64,000 bases of DNA from Candidatus Avedoeria danica. GTDB lineage: Bacteria; Chloroflexota; Anaerolineae; Epilineales; Epilineaceae. The notes under the pieces are model-generated. The model had not been told where the DNA came from and did no database searches. It worked only from the letters and a program-made list of their open reading frames with translations. The stretch lies in assembly GCA_016703025.1 (NCBI GenBank), contig JADJCV010000003.1, positions 23,506-87,505 on the forward strand. The letters run 5' to 3'. Made by a program: the position numbers and the translations under genes. Shown here one piece after another: positions 12,132 to 21,218 of this stretch (its first letter is position 1; the number at the start of each line of letters is the position of its first letter).

Positions 12132-13100
12132 ATGCCCAATCGCCCCGACCCCGCCAACCCGTTGTCCGGCGTGCGCGCGTCCGCCAGCCGGGCTGTCCGT
12201 GCCGCCATCGACGACGGTCCACCGCAGGCCGTCCCGTCCGCCCGCGCCACCGCCGACGCCAACCCCACCCCCCCCCACCGCCCCCGCCCCACCCTCGCCG
12301 ACGCCCGCACCGTTCTCACCGCCTTCGCCGCCCGCACCGCCCCCAGCCCGTGGCGCGCCGACCGCGCCGCCGTCGCCGCCCGCCTCGCCAAGGTCATCGA
12401 CCGCCCCGACCTTCTCCAGCAGCGCCGCCTGAACCTCTGCGGCCCAGCCGCCTTCCTCCGCGCCTGGGCGCATCATGACCCTGCCGCCTTCGCCCGCTTC
12501 GCCGCCGCGCTCTATGACGACGGCGCCGCGTCGATCGGCCCGCTCGTCGTCCGCCCCTCCGCCGGCTCGCTCGTCGACGCCGACCACGCCGCCCTCGCCG
12601 AGCGCTTCGGCCGGGGCTTCCCGGAGGCGGCCGATTGGATGCTCATGGGCGCGCTCCGCGACAGCGAGAACCGCGTGACCAAGTTCCGCGGCCTGCCGGA
12701 TGACGCCGTCAGCGGGATGACGTTTCCCGGCGAGATCGTGCGCTGGCTGCGTGCCACCGGCGCATACGCCGACGTCGCCGACCGGACGACGCGGCTCGTC
12801 CCCGCCGGCATCGAAGCGGCCTTCGCGCTCCGTCCGTCCGCCACCACCGACGTCCTCGTCCTGATGAACCTCCACCTGCTGCGCGAGATGCAGAGCCCCA
12901 CCGGCCGCCGCCGCGCCGCCAGCTACATCCTCCGCGGCTTCCCCGACCACTGGGCCGCCCTTGTCGCGCCCGTCGCCGATCGGCCCGGCGACCGGATCGG
13001 GCTTCGCATCTGGTCGTGGGGCACGGTGCTGGAGGGCGAGGTGCCGAAGGAGACGTTTCGGGCGAACTTCTACGGGGCGATCATCGCGGACCGGCGATGA
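12132..13100 (+). CDS. Hypothetical protein, 322 aa, with a possible Cys/His pair (NLCGPAAFL ... FPDHW). Function unknown.
   Basis: Good high-GC codon usage. Start chosen at MPNRPDP because a -10-like TATCAT lies 7 nt upstream (leaderless pattern seen elsewhere in the window). The alternative start at 12063 cannot be excluded. Confidence 0.55.
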   Translation: MPNRPDPANPLSGVRASASRAVRAAIDDGPPQAVPSARATADANPTPPHRPRPTLADARTVLTAFAARTAPSPWRADRAAVAARLAKVIDRPDLLQQRRLNLCGPAAFLRAWAHHDPAAFARFAAALYDDGAASIGPLVVRPSAGSLVDADHAALAERFGRGFPEAADWMLMGALRDSENRVTKFRGLPDDAVSGMTFPGEIVRWLRATGAYADVADRTTRLVPAGIEAAFALRPSATTDVLVLMNLHLLREMQSPTGRRRAASYILRGFPDHWAALVAPVADRPGDRIGLRIWSWGTVLEGEVPKETFRANFYGAIIADRR

Positions 13101-13197
13101 ATCACCGCCGCCGAACGCGCTCGCGTTCGTGCCCACCGCAGGAATCCTGCCGGCTCCGTTCCTGCCAATAACCCGTCCACCCGTCCTCCCCCGCCCG

Positions 13198-13644
13198 TCA
13201 CGCCCCTTCCCGCTCCACCATCACCGTCACCGGCCCGTCGTTCACCAACTCCACCGCCATCATCGCCCCGAACACGCCCGTCGCGACGTTCACCCCGTGC
13301 CCGCGGACCCGCGCCACGAACCGCTCGTACAACCCCTCGGCCGCCTCCGGCCGCGCCGCCCGCGTGAAGTCCGGCCGCCGGCCCTTGCGCGCATCGCCGT
13401 ACAGCGTGAACTGGCTCACGACGAGGATCTCGCCGCCCACATCGGCCAGCCCGAGATCGAAGTGCCCCGTCGTGCCGCCGAACAAGCGCAGCCCGACCAC
13501 CTTGTCGGCCAGCCAGTCGGCTTCGGCGGCCGTGTCCGTCGTCCGGACGCCGAGCAGCACGAGGTAGCCGCGCCCGACCGCTCCGACCACCGCGTCGTCG
13601 ACCGTCACGGATGCCCGCGCAACGCGTTGGACGAGCGCCCTCAT
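13198..13644 (-). CDS. dtd: D-aminoacyl-tRNA deacylase
   Basis: 148 aa from Met31 of the track ORF. MRALVQRVARASVTVDDAVVGAVGRGYLVLLGV...SQFTLYGDARKGRRPDF is a Dtd family signature (SQFTL, GxRPxF). Confidence 0.85.
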   Translation of the reverse strand: MRALVQRVARASVTVDDAVVGAVGRGYLVLLGVRTTDTAAEADWLADKVVGLRLFGGTTGHFDLGLADVGGEILVVSQFTLYGDARKGRRPDFTRAARPEAAEGLYERFVARVRGHGVNVATGVFGAMMAVELVNDGPVTVMVEREGA

Positions 13645-13684
13645 CGCCGCAACGGCGCCGCCACGCCAAGGCTCACGATGCCCA

Positions 13685-15871
13685 TTACCCCCGCGGCAAC
13701 GGCGGCACCGCCCCGTACCAGCCGCGCAGCACATCGCGCTGCGCCGTATCGCCGGACGCCCAGTAGGCCGCCGCGATCGCGCGCATCACCGCCGGTGACT
13801 TGGTGCCCTGCGTGAGGCGGGCCAGCGCCTTTCGCGCCGCGGCCGCGTGCCCCGGCAAGCCGGCCGTGCCCATCGTCCACAGGAAGTCGAACGCCTGCGG
13901 GTCCTCGGTCACCCGCTCGCCTGCCAGCCGCGCCGCGTGCACCGGCTGCGGCGTCGGGCCCTCCAGCAGCCGCCGGCACATCGCCAGCACGCTGTCGCCG
14001 CCCGCCTCCGCCGACGCCAGCTGGATCAGGTGGCGATCGATCTCGGCCACCGCGAACTGCAGGAACGGATCCACGGCCTCGGACGGGATCGTCCCGAGCA
14101 CCGCCAGGAGCAGCGCCACCGTCCGCGGCCCCCGGCGCTCGACGATGTCGCCGAGCGCCGCCGTCCAGCGCAGCCGCTCGTCCCCTTCCACTGCCGCCGT
14201 CCCCCGGCACACCACGTCGACGTCCCGCGCCAGCCGCTCCGCCTCCTGGATCCGGTCCGGATCGCCGTAGACCCGCAACGCCTCGACGAGCCCCTCCCGC
14301 ACCCGCGCGTCCGCGTCCACCACGGACTGCACGACGATGCTCGGCGCGTTCGGGAAGCCCATCGCCAGCATCGCCCTTCCGGCCGCCACCCGGGCCTGCG
14401 GTTGCGGATCGCGCAGCTGTTCCATGAAGGCGTGTGTGAGCAGATCCCGCAGCCGGACCTGCCCCGCCCCGAGCGCGGCGAGCGCGCTGAGCGTCGCCTC
14501 GCGCACCGTCACGTCGCGGTGCCGCAGCAGGCCCTCGAACCCGTCCACGGCCCGATCGACCGGCAGCCGGGCGTACCGCGCCGCCAAGCGCTCCGCCACG
14601 CCGGCGCGCATGTGCGCCGGCCCGTCCAGCGCCGACCGCAGCGCCTCCAGCGCGACGTCCTCGGCCAGCGGCCGCTCCGGATGGTCGATCGCCGCGATAC
14701 CGGCCGCCAGTAGGTGCGGGTCGCCGCTCTCGACGAGCACCTCGATCACCCGCCGCCGCAGCAACGGATCGCCCACCCGCCCGCTCAGCACCGGATCCGC
14801 GGCCTCGAGCGCCGCCCGCCGCACGGCCTCCTCCGGATCGCGCAGCGTCTCGAGGACCCGCGGCAGGAGGGCGATCAGCCGCTCCGTGTCCAACCCGAGC
14901 GTCCGCAGCTGCCGTGCCTTCTCCTCGCTGCTTCCGCCCAGCATCGCCGCGCCAACGCCCGGCCGCGCCTCGCCCCGCAACCGCAGCTCGACGTCGCTCG
15001 CCAGGCGCCGCACCTCAGCGTCCTGGCTCCCGAGCGCCGCGTCGGCCAGCGGCCGAACGGTGGGGGCCACCGCCTGCAAGACCGCGTCGTCCAGGTCGCA
15101 AAGCGCCGCCAGCGTCGCCGCGTGCAGCTCGGACTTCGGGAAATTGAACAACGTCGTCAGGATCCGCGCCCCTGCCCGCGGCTCGCCCGGCGGGAACGGC
15201 CCGACGGCCGCCAGCCGCACGAGCGCCCGCACGGCCGCTTCCACGGTCGGCGGATGACGATCGGACAGCGCGCGCTCGAAGCCGGTCCGGATGCGCAGGA
15301 CCAGCGGGGCCCAGTGGTCGGCCGGTCCGGCGGCGATCGCCTCGGAGAGCTTCTCGATCAGCACGCCGCGCGACCGGGCCTCGACATCGCCCGCCAGCGC
15401 CAGCAGCTCGCCGACCGCAACCTGCAGGGCCGGCCCGCTCTTCTCCGGCAGGTCGAGGTTCGCCACGTACGCCGCCAACAGCCCGCGCCGCAGCTGGTCG
15501 GCGATGACCTCGCGCGGAATCGGGGCATCCGCGAGGTCGTAGATCGTGGCGTCGACTGCGGCGCCGACTGCGGCGCTGGAATCGGCACCGGCAGTCGCAC
15601 CGGTCCCGGCCCCCGTGGCAAGGCCCCCCGGCGCCACCAGCAGCCGCGCCCCGTCGAGCAGCCACAGCGCCTGCCCCGTGGCGGCATGCACGCCGAGCGG
15701 GAAGCCGGGCTCCGCGTGCACCTCACCCGACCGAAGCGGGATCGAATGCGCGTGGTCCACCCAGCCGTCCACCTGCACGGCCAGCGCCACCATATCCCGC
15801 ACGCTGCCCACCTTGTCGACGCGATCGATGAGCGCGAGCGCCGCGTGCAGTCCCTTGGCCGTCAGCCGCAT
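13685..15871 (-). CDS. HEAT/ARM-repeat protein (PBS-lyase HEAT-like repeats), 728 aa, function unknown
   Basis: Long alpha-helical repeat protein with recurrent motifs (D/E)xxVRxxAxxAL(x)xLG. Strong codon bias. Divergent from the NFACT operon. Confidence 0.7.
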   Translation of the reverse strand: MRLTAKGLHAALALIDRVDKVGSVRDMVALAVQVDGWVDHAHSIPLRSGEVHAEPGFPLGVHAATGQALWLLDGARLLVAPGGLATGAGTGATAGADSSAAVGAAVDATIYDLADAPIPREVIADQLRRGLLAAYVANLDLPEKSGPALQVAVGELLALAGDVEARSRGVLIEKLSEAIAAGPADHWAPLVLRIRTGFERALSDRHPPTVEAAVRALVRLAAVGPFPPGEPRAGARILTTLFNFPKSELHAATLAALCDLDDAVLQAVAPTVRPLADAALGSQDAEVRRLASDVELRLRGEARPGVGAAMLGGSSEEKARQLRTLGLDTERLIALLPRVLETLRDPEEAVRRAALEAADPVLSGRVGDPLLRRRVIEVLVESGDPHLLAAGIAAIDHPERPLAEDVALEALRSALDGPAHMRAGVAERLAARYARLPVDRAVDGFEGLLRHRDVTVREATLSALAALGAGQVRLRDLLTHAFMEQLRDPQPQARVAAGRAMLAMGFPNAPSIVVQSVVDADARVREGLVEALRVYGDPDRIQEAERLARDVDVVCRGTAAVEGDERLRWTAALGDIVERRGPRTVALLLAVLGTIPSEAVDPFLQFAVAEIDRHLIQLASAEAGGDSVLAMCRRLLEGPTPQPVHAARLAGERVTEDPQAFDFLWTMGTAGLPGHAAAARKALARLTQGTKSPAVMRAIAAAYWASGDTAQRDVLRGWYGAVPPLPRG

Positions 15872-16024
15872 CGTCGTCTCCCATCCGGTGCGTTGGGCAT
15901 TCTACACGGACTGCCGCTGCGCGGCCCCGGCAGGGCAGCGGCGCGTCGGTGATTGCGCGCGTGGCCCGATGCGCCGGTCGGCCCGCCGGGCAGCGTCGGA
16001 CGGCTGGACGCCCCGGCACCCTTC

Positions 16025-16053
16025 TTGCAACGCGCCCGCGCCGCGGCGATAAT
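16025..16053 (+). promoter_or_regulatory. Sigma-70-like promoter TTGCAA-17 nt-GATAAT upstream of the small ORF / NFACT operon
   Basis: TTGCAA (16025-16030), a 17-nt GC spacer, then GATAAT (16048-16053). The SD-containing 5'UTR (GAGGAAAA) and ATG at 16115 follow about 60 nt downstream. Confidence 0.5.
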
Positions 16054-16114
16054 CGCGGCCCCCGCTCCCCAGCGCACGCCCGCCATCCCCACCTGCAGCA
16101 CGAGGAAAACCGAC

Positions 16115-16303
16115 ATGAAAGACGATTCGATCCACCTCCCCAACACCGACGACCCCGAGGTCATGCACCGCGCCGTCGCGGCGGCGCTCGTCGCCCTTTG
16201 CTGGGACGAGGTCATCCGCACCGCGGATCTCGACCACCTCGACGACAAGGCCATCGAGGTCTTCACCCGGGTCTACGAGGGCATCGGCAAGGCCTTCAAG
16301 TAG
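16115..16303 (+). CDS. Small hypothetical protein (62 aa) co-oriented with and immediately upstream of the NFACT/RqcH-like gene
   Basis: Met55 of track ORF 15953..16303. SD GAGGAAAA 7 nt upstream. Very high GC3. Sequence MKDDSIHLPNTDDPEVMHRAVAAALVALCWDEVIRTADLDHLDDKAIEVFTRVYEGIGKAFK. No family recognised. Confidence 0.55.
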   Translation: MKDDSIHLPNTDDPEVMHRAVAAALVALCWDEVIRTADLDHLDDKAIEVFTRVYEGIGKAFK

Positions 16304-16323
16304 CCGACCCACCCCACCCGCCG

Positions 16324-18168
16324 GTGTCGCTCGACGCGCTGGCGGCCGCCGCCCTGGCCGACGACCTCGGCTCGTTGGCCGGTGCCCGCGTGCAGAGCGT
16401 CACGGCGGTCGATCCGCGCACGCTGTGCTTCGAGCTCTACGCCGGCGAGCGCCGCTACCTGACGCTCTCCGCTGCGCCCGACCACCCCGGCGTCGTCGTC
16501 GAAGCCGCCCCGACGCGCCGCGGCGGCGGTGCGCCGTCGCCGCTCGCCCTCGTCTGCCGTGCCCGCCTGGACGGCGCGCGCCTGTCGGCCGTCGTCCAGC
16601 CGCCCCACGAGCGGATCCTGCGCTTCGACTGGAAGGCCGCCGCCCCGATCTCGCTCGTCGCGGAGCTCACCGGGCGCCTCGCCAACCTGATCCTCGTCGA
16701 TGCGGACGGCACGATCCTCGCCGCGGCGCACGCGGTCACCGCCGCCCAGTCGCGCGCCAGGACCGTGCTCCCCGGCCGCCCGTACGCCCCGCCGCCCGCG
16801 CCGCTCAAGGTCCCGCCGGAGTCCGTCACGCCCGACGACATCCGCGCCTGGCTCCACCTTGCGCCGAACGGCGAGGTCGCCTGGCGCACGCTCGTGGCGC
16901 ACGTCCGCGGCATCGGCCCGCAGACCGCGCGCGAGATCGTGTTCCGTTCCGCCGACAACGCTTCCATGCCTGCCGCCGACGCCGATCCGACGTCGCTGTC
17001 CGCCGCCCTCGCGGCCATGGCCGCGCTGCCGGCGTCGCATGCGTGGGCGCCGACGATCGCGGTGTCTCGGACGTCGACGGATGGGGACGATCCGGGCAAC
17101 GGCCGCGCGGTCTCGACGCGAGAGGACGGGGCCGGCGATGCCGCCGAATCCGGGCAGTCCACACCGCGCACCGCAACCGTCCTCGCCTGGGCCCCCTACC
17201 GCCTGACCCACCTCGCCGCCCCCGATGTCGCCCTCGTCGACTGCCCAACGACGCTCGATGCCCTCGCCCGCTGGCACGGCGCCCGGTCCTCCGCCGACCG
17301 CTACCGCGCCGCCCGCGCCGGCGTGGTGACCGCGTTGGCGGCCGCGACGGCCCGGGTACGGCGGCGGCGCGAGGCCCTTGAGCACCAGTTGGCCGGGGCA
17401 TCGCCGGCGGCCATCGAGTCGCTGAAGGAGGCCGGTGACCTCATCCTCGGGTTCCAATGGCAGATCGCGACCGGCGCGACGACGCTCATCGCCCCGCTCG
17501 AGCCGCCGGTGACGATCCGCCTCGATCCCGATCTCACGCCCGTCGCGAACGCCCAAGCGTACTTCGACCGCTACCGCCGCGCCCGCCGCGCCGCCCGCGG
17601 CGTCCCGACGCGCCTTGCCGCCGCCCGCGCCGCCGAGGACACGCTCCTGCAGCTCGGCACCGACCTCGCCCTCGCCGAGAACCGCGCCGAGATCGACGCC
17701 GTGCTCGACGCGCTCGCCGCCACCGGCCTCGCCAGCAGCGTCGCCGCCGGCGCGATGAAGCGCCGCACCACGCCCACCGACGCCACCAGCCGGCCGCGCC
17801 GCTACACCTCGACGGACGGCCTGACGCTGCTCGTCGGCCGCAACAGCCGCCAGAACGAGGTCGTGACGTTCCAGCTCGCCGCCCGGGGCGATGCCTGGCT
17901 GCACGCCCGCGACGTGCCCGGCGCACACGTCGTCGTCAAGGCGGCCGGCCGAAGCGTGCCCGAGGCCACGCTTGACCAGGCGGCGGCGCTGGCCGCGTGG
18001 TTCTCGGCGTCGCGCGACGCGGCGGCCGTCGCCGTCGCCGTGACGGATGCGCGCCACGTCCGACGGCTCAGCGGCGGCGGCGCCGGCATGGTCACGCTGA
18101 CGCACGAGTCGACGCGCACCGTGCGGCCGGCCTCGCCGCGCGCCCTCGGCCTCGAGCCCGAGGCGTGA
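16324..18168 (+). CDS. NFACT-family protein (fibronectin-binding A / RqcH-like; NFACT-N domain plus DUF814/NFACT-R domain)
   Basis: GTG start 20 nt after the small-ORF stop. N-terminal VSLDALAAAALADDLGSLAGARVQSVTAVDPRTLCFELYAGERRYLTLS (NFACT-N). C-terminal LLVGRNSRQNEVVTFQLAARGDAWLHARDVPGAHVVVK is a DUF814 signature. The 125-aa upstream extension in the track ORF is Arg/Pro-rich low complexity overlapping the promoter and was rejected. Confidence 0.75.
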   Translation: MSLDALAAAALADDLGSLAGARVQSVTAVDPRTLCFELYAGERRYLTLSAAPDHPGVVVEAAPTRRGGGAPSPLALVCRARLDGARLSAVVQPPHERILRFDWKAAAPISLVAELTGRLANLILVDADGTILAAAHAVTAAQSRARTVLPGRPYAPPPAPLKVPPESVTPDDIRAWLHLAPNGEVAWRTLVAHVRGIGPQTAREIVFRSADNASMPAADADPTSLSAALAAMAALPASHAWAPTIAVSRTSTDGDDPGNGRAVSTREDGAGDAAESGQSTPRTATVLAWAPYRLTHLAAPDVALVDCPTTLDALARWHGARSSADRYRAARAGVVTALAAATARVRRRREALEHQLAGASPAAIESLKEAGDLILGFQWQIATGATTLIAPLEPPVTIRLDPDLTPVANAQAYFDRYRRARRAARGVPTRLAAARAAEDTLLQLGTDLALAENRAEIDAVLDALAATGLASSVAAGAMKRRTTPTDATSRPRRYTSTDGLTLLVGRNSRQNEVVTFQLAARGDAWLHARDVPGAHVVVKAAGRSVPEATLDQAAALAAWFSASRDAAAVAVAVTDARHVRRLSGGGAGMVTLTHESTRTVRPASPRALGLEPEA

Positions 18169-18265
18169 TCCGCCAGGCGAGGCCGTCAGCTCGCCCTTCC
18201 CGGCAGACCTCATCTCCCGATCCAATCCGCTATGATCGTCCTGTGCACCCTGAAGGAAGGCCGTT

Positions 18266-19447
18266 ATGAGACTCGCCGGGCGGATGGCCCACCTCACGCC
18301 GTCGCCGTCGTTCACCACCCTCGCCCGCGCCAAGGCCATGGAAGCGGCCGGGCACGACATCATCCACCTCGAGGTCGGCGAGCCCGACTTCGATACGCCC
18401 GCCAACGTCGTCGAGGCGGGCGTATCGGCGCTGCGGGGCGGGCACACGCGCTACACGCCCGCCGCCGGCGACATGGCGCTGCGCACCGCCATCGCGCGGC
18501 ACGTCGGCGAAACGCGCGACGTCGACGTCGCGCCGACGCAGATCCTGGTGGCGCCCGGCGGCAAGCCCGTCATCTACTACACGATCATGGCGCTCGTCGA
18601 AGCCGGCGACGAGGTGATCCTCCCCGACCCGACCTTCCCGAGCTACGCCACGATCACCGCCTACGCCGGCGCGACGCCGGTCTACGTTCCGCTCGACGCC
18701 GAGCGCGGCTTCGCGTTCGACGTCGATGCCTTCGCTGCCGCGCTCTCGCCGCGGACGCGCCTCGTCGTCCTGAACTCGCCCTCGAACCCGACCGGTGCCG
18801 TCCTGTCGGCCGACGACCTGGCGGCCATCGCCCGGCTGCTGGCCGATCGGCCGGACGTCGTCGTGCTGGCCGATGAGATCTACAGCCGCATGGTGTACGA
18901 CGGCGTTCACCGCTCGATCCTCACCGAATCCGGAATGGCGGAGCGGACGGTCGTGCTCGACGGGTTCTCCAAGACGTACGCCATGACGGGCTGGCGGCTC
19001 GGCTACGCCGTCCTTCCGCCCGCGCTCGCGCCCATCCTCATCGACCTGCAGAGCAACATCACGAGCTGCGCCGCCGACGCCACCCAGGTGGCGGGCCTGG
19101 CCGCCCTCGATGGCCCGCAGGCCGATGTCGAGGCGATGGTCCAGACGTTCCGCACCCGCCGCGACCGCGTCGTCGCCCGGCTGAACGAGCTGCCCGGGAT
19201 CCGTTGCGCCCGACCCGCCGGCGCGTTCTACGCCTTCCCGGACATCCGCGGCACCGGCCTGGACGACCTCTCGCTCGCCGAGGAGCTCCTCACCCACACC
19301 GGCGTCGCGCTCCTGGCCGGCCGCGGCTTCGGTCCGGCCGGCACCGGCCACCTCCGCCTCTCGTACGCCAACGCCATGCCCAACCTCGACCGCGCCCTCG
19401 ATCGCATGGGCGAGCACCTCACAGCGCTCGCCCGCGCCGGCGCGTAA
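18266..19447 (+). CDS. Pyridoxal-phosphate-dependent class I aminotransferase (aspartate aminotransferase-like)
   Basis: 393 aa. HLEVGEPDFDTP, NSPSNPTG and SKTYAMTGWRLGY (PLP-lysine region) are characteristic. SD GAAGGAAGG lies upstream of ATG 18266. Confidence 0.9.
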   Translation: MRLAGRMAHLTPSPSFTTLARAKAMEAAGHDIIHLEVGEPDFDTPANVVEAGVSALRGGHTRYTPAAGDMALRTAIARHVGETRDVDVAPTQILVAPGGKPVIYYTIMALVEAGDEVILPDPTFPSYATITAYAGATPVYVPLDAERGFAFDVDAFAAALSPRTRLVVLNSPSNPTGAVLSADDLAAIARLLADRPDVVVLADEIYSRMVYDGVHRSILTESGMAERTVVLDGFSKTYAMTGWRLGYAVLPPALAPILIDLQSNITSCAADATQVAGLAALDGPQADVEAMVQTFRTRRDRVVARLNELPGIRCARPAGAFYAFPDIRGTGLDDLSLAEELLTHTGVALLAGRGFGPAGTGHLRLSYANAMPNLDRALDRMGEHLTALARAGA

Positions 19448-19540
19448 ACAGCACTGCGCGCAGACACCACTGGGCGTAGACAGCACTGCCCCTAGACCGC
19501 ACTGCCCTCAGACAGCACTGCCCTCAGACAGCACGAACGG
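19445..19540. repeat. Six tandem 16-bp direct repeats (consensus YAGACAGCACTGCCCY) starting at the aminotransferase stop codon and ending 8 nt before the next gene's ATG
   Basis: The six units, each 16 nt, are taaacagcactgcgcg, cagacaccactgggcg, tagacagcactgcccc, tagaccgcactgccct, cagacagcactgccct and cagacagcacgaacgg. Confidence 0.6.
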
Positions 19541-19548
19541 AGTCCAAC

Positions 19549-20133
19549 ATGCGACTACTCGACCTCCCGCCGATCAAGCGGACCCGCCGCAACCATGCGA
19601 TCGAGCATGCCGCCGTCCACATCCTCGCCGCGCGCCTCCCGGGCCGCTCGATGGCCGGCCGCTCCGACGCCGGCGGCTTCTTCCTCTTGGGCGATCTCGA
19701 GACGCACGACGTCGAGCACGCCGTCGACGAGGCACTGCGCCGCCTGCCCGCCGAGCCCGAGCTGGCGATCCACCCGAACTGCGGCACGAACATGGTCGTC
19801 GGAGGACTGATCGCCGGCGCGGCCGCGACGCTCGCCGTGGCGTTCGTCCCGGCGCGCCACCGCGCGGGCGGGCTCGCCCTGTTGCCCCGGATGCTCCTGG
19901 CCGGCACGTTCGCCTCCGTCGCCAGCCAGCCCCTCGGCCCGGCCGCCCAGCGCCGCTGGACGACGCTGCCCGACGTTGCCGGTGCGCGCGTCGGTCAGAT
20001 CACGCGCTCGAAGCGCGGTCGGCTCACCGTGCACCGGATCACGATCGAGGACGGCCCTTCGACGGATCCGGCCGATGGGGCGGGTGATGCCGATGCCGTC
20101 GACAGCCGGCCCCCTGCCGTTCGCACGCCGTGA
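19549..20133 (+). CDS. Hypothetical protein (194 aa) with His/Cys-rich motifs (HAIEHAAVHIL, HPNCGTN). Function unknown; first gene of an operon with holA.
   Basis: SD ACGGAG upstream. The stop overlaps the holA start (ATGA). Codon usage typical. Confidence 0.6.
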   Translation: MRLLDLPPIKRTRRNHAIEHAAVHILAARLPGRSMAGRSDAGGFFLLGDLETHDVEHAVDEALRRLPAEPELAIHPNCGTNMVVGGLIAGAAATLAVAFVPARHRAGGLALLPRMLLAGTFASVASQPLGPAAQRRWTTLPDVAGARVGQITRSKRGRLTVHRITIEDGPSTDPADGAGDADAVDSRPPAVRTP

Positions 20134-21182
20134 TCGAGCTGCTCCACGGGGCGGACGCCTTTGCCGTCGCCGAGCGCGTGCAAGCCATGCGCGCCGCGTT
20201 TGCCGCGGAGGACGCGATGGCCGAACTCAACGCTTCCGTGCTGGACGGCGCTCGACTCACCGTGCCCGAGCTGCGGGCCGCTGCCGACGCGCTGCCGTTC
20301 ATGGGTGGGCGGCGGCTCGTCGTCGTGCGCGGGCTCGTCGGGCGCTGCAGTGCCCGCTCGGGCGAGAAGAACAAGGAGCGCCGCACCGCGCTCGCCAACG
20401 CGCTGCTGGCCTACCTGCCGCACGTCCCGCCGACGACGGACCTCGTCCTCGTCGAGGGCGAGATCGAAACCGACAATCCGGTGGCCGGCTGGCTGCGGAC
20501 CGCCGCCGGCCGCGCTTCGCCCGCAGACGGTGAGGCGAATGCCGTCGTTGCGCGCGCGTTCGACCCGCCGCCGCCCGAGCGCCTGCCGGCCTGGATCACC
20601 GCCCGTGCCGTCGGACGCGGCGGCGCGTTCGCACCGGCGGCCTCGTCGGCGCTGGCAGCCGCCCTGGCGCCGGACGGACCGGCCGACCTGTGGCGGGTGG
20701 ACAGCGAGGTCGAGAAGCTGCTGACCTGGGCGGGCGAACGGCGCGTCGAGGCCGACGACGTGGTGCGGCTCGTCGCGCCGATCGACACCGAGAACGTCTA
20801 CCGCCTCATCGAGGCGCTCGCCGAGCGGGACGGACCGGCGGCGGCGACGCTGCTGCACACGTTCCTGTCCAGCGGCGAGGAGCCGATCTCGCTGTTGAGC
20901 AAGATCGCCCGCCAGTTCCACCAGCTGGCCCACGTCCGGGCGCTGATGGACGGCGGCGTGCCGCCGTCCGAGCACGCGCGCGCGGTGGGCGTTCCGCCGT
21001 TCGTCGCCCGAAAGCTGGCCACACAAGCCCGACGCTTCTCGGCGCCGTTCCTCGACGCGGCTCTGAAGCGTCTCCTGGACATTGACGTCGGGATCAAGAC
21101 GGGTCGCACCGTCGCGGTGACGGCGTTGGACCTGTTCGTGGCCGGGGTATGCGGTACGGGTGCCGCGGCGAGAACGCGCTGA
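20130..21182 (+). CDS. holA: DNA polymerase III subunit delta
   Basis: 350 aa beginning MIELLHGADAFAVAERVQ. Matches HolA over the N-terminal clamp-loader fold. Translationally coupled to the upstream gene. Confidence 0.8.
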   Translation: MIELLHGADAFAVAERVQAMRAAFAAEDAMAELNASVLDGARLTVPELRAAADALPFMGGRRLVVVRGLVGRCSARSGEKNKERRTALANALLAYLPHVPPTTDLVLVEGEIETDNPVAGWLRTAAGRASPADGEANAVVARAFDPPPPERLPAWITARAVGRGGAFAPAASSALAAALAPDGPADLWRVDSEVEKLLTWAGERRVEADDVVRLVAPIDTENVYRLIEALAERDGPAAATLLHTFLSSGEEPISLLSKIARQFHQLAHVRALMDGGVPPSEHARAVGVPPFVARKLATQARRFSAPFLDAALKRLLDIDVGIKTGRTVAVTALDLFVAGVCGTGAAARTR

Positions 21183-21218
21183 TGCCCACCCCTCGTCGCC
21201 GCACTGCTCGATGGTCTT

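Noticed and set aside
13115-13130. GAACGCGCTCGCGTTC palindrome considered as a LexA box
   Set aside because: Spacing is N8, not the N4 of the Cheo box. It sits between two convergent stop codons, so a terminator hairpin is more likely.
15949-16323. 125-aa N-terminal extension of the NFACT ORF in the track
   Set aside because: Arg/Pro/His-rich low complexity. It would overlap the sigma-70 promoter and the small 62-aa gene. The NFACT-N domain starts at the GTG at 16324.
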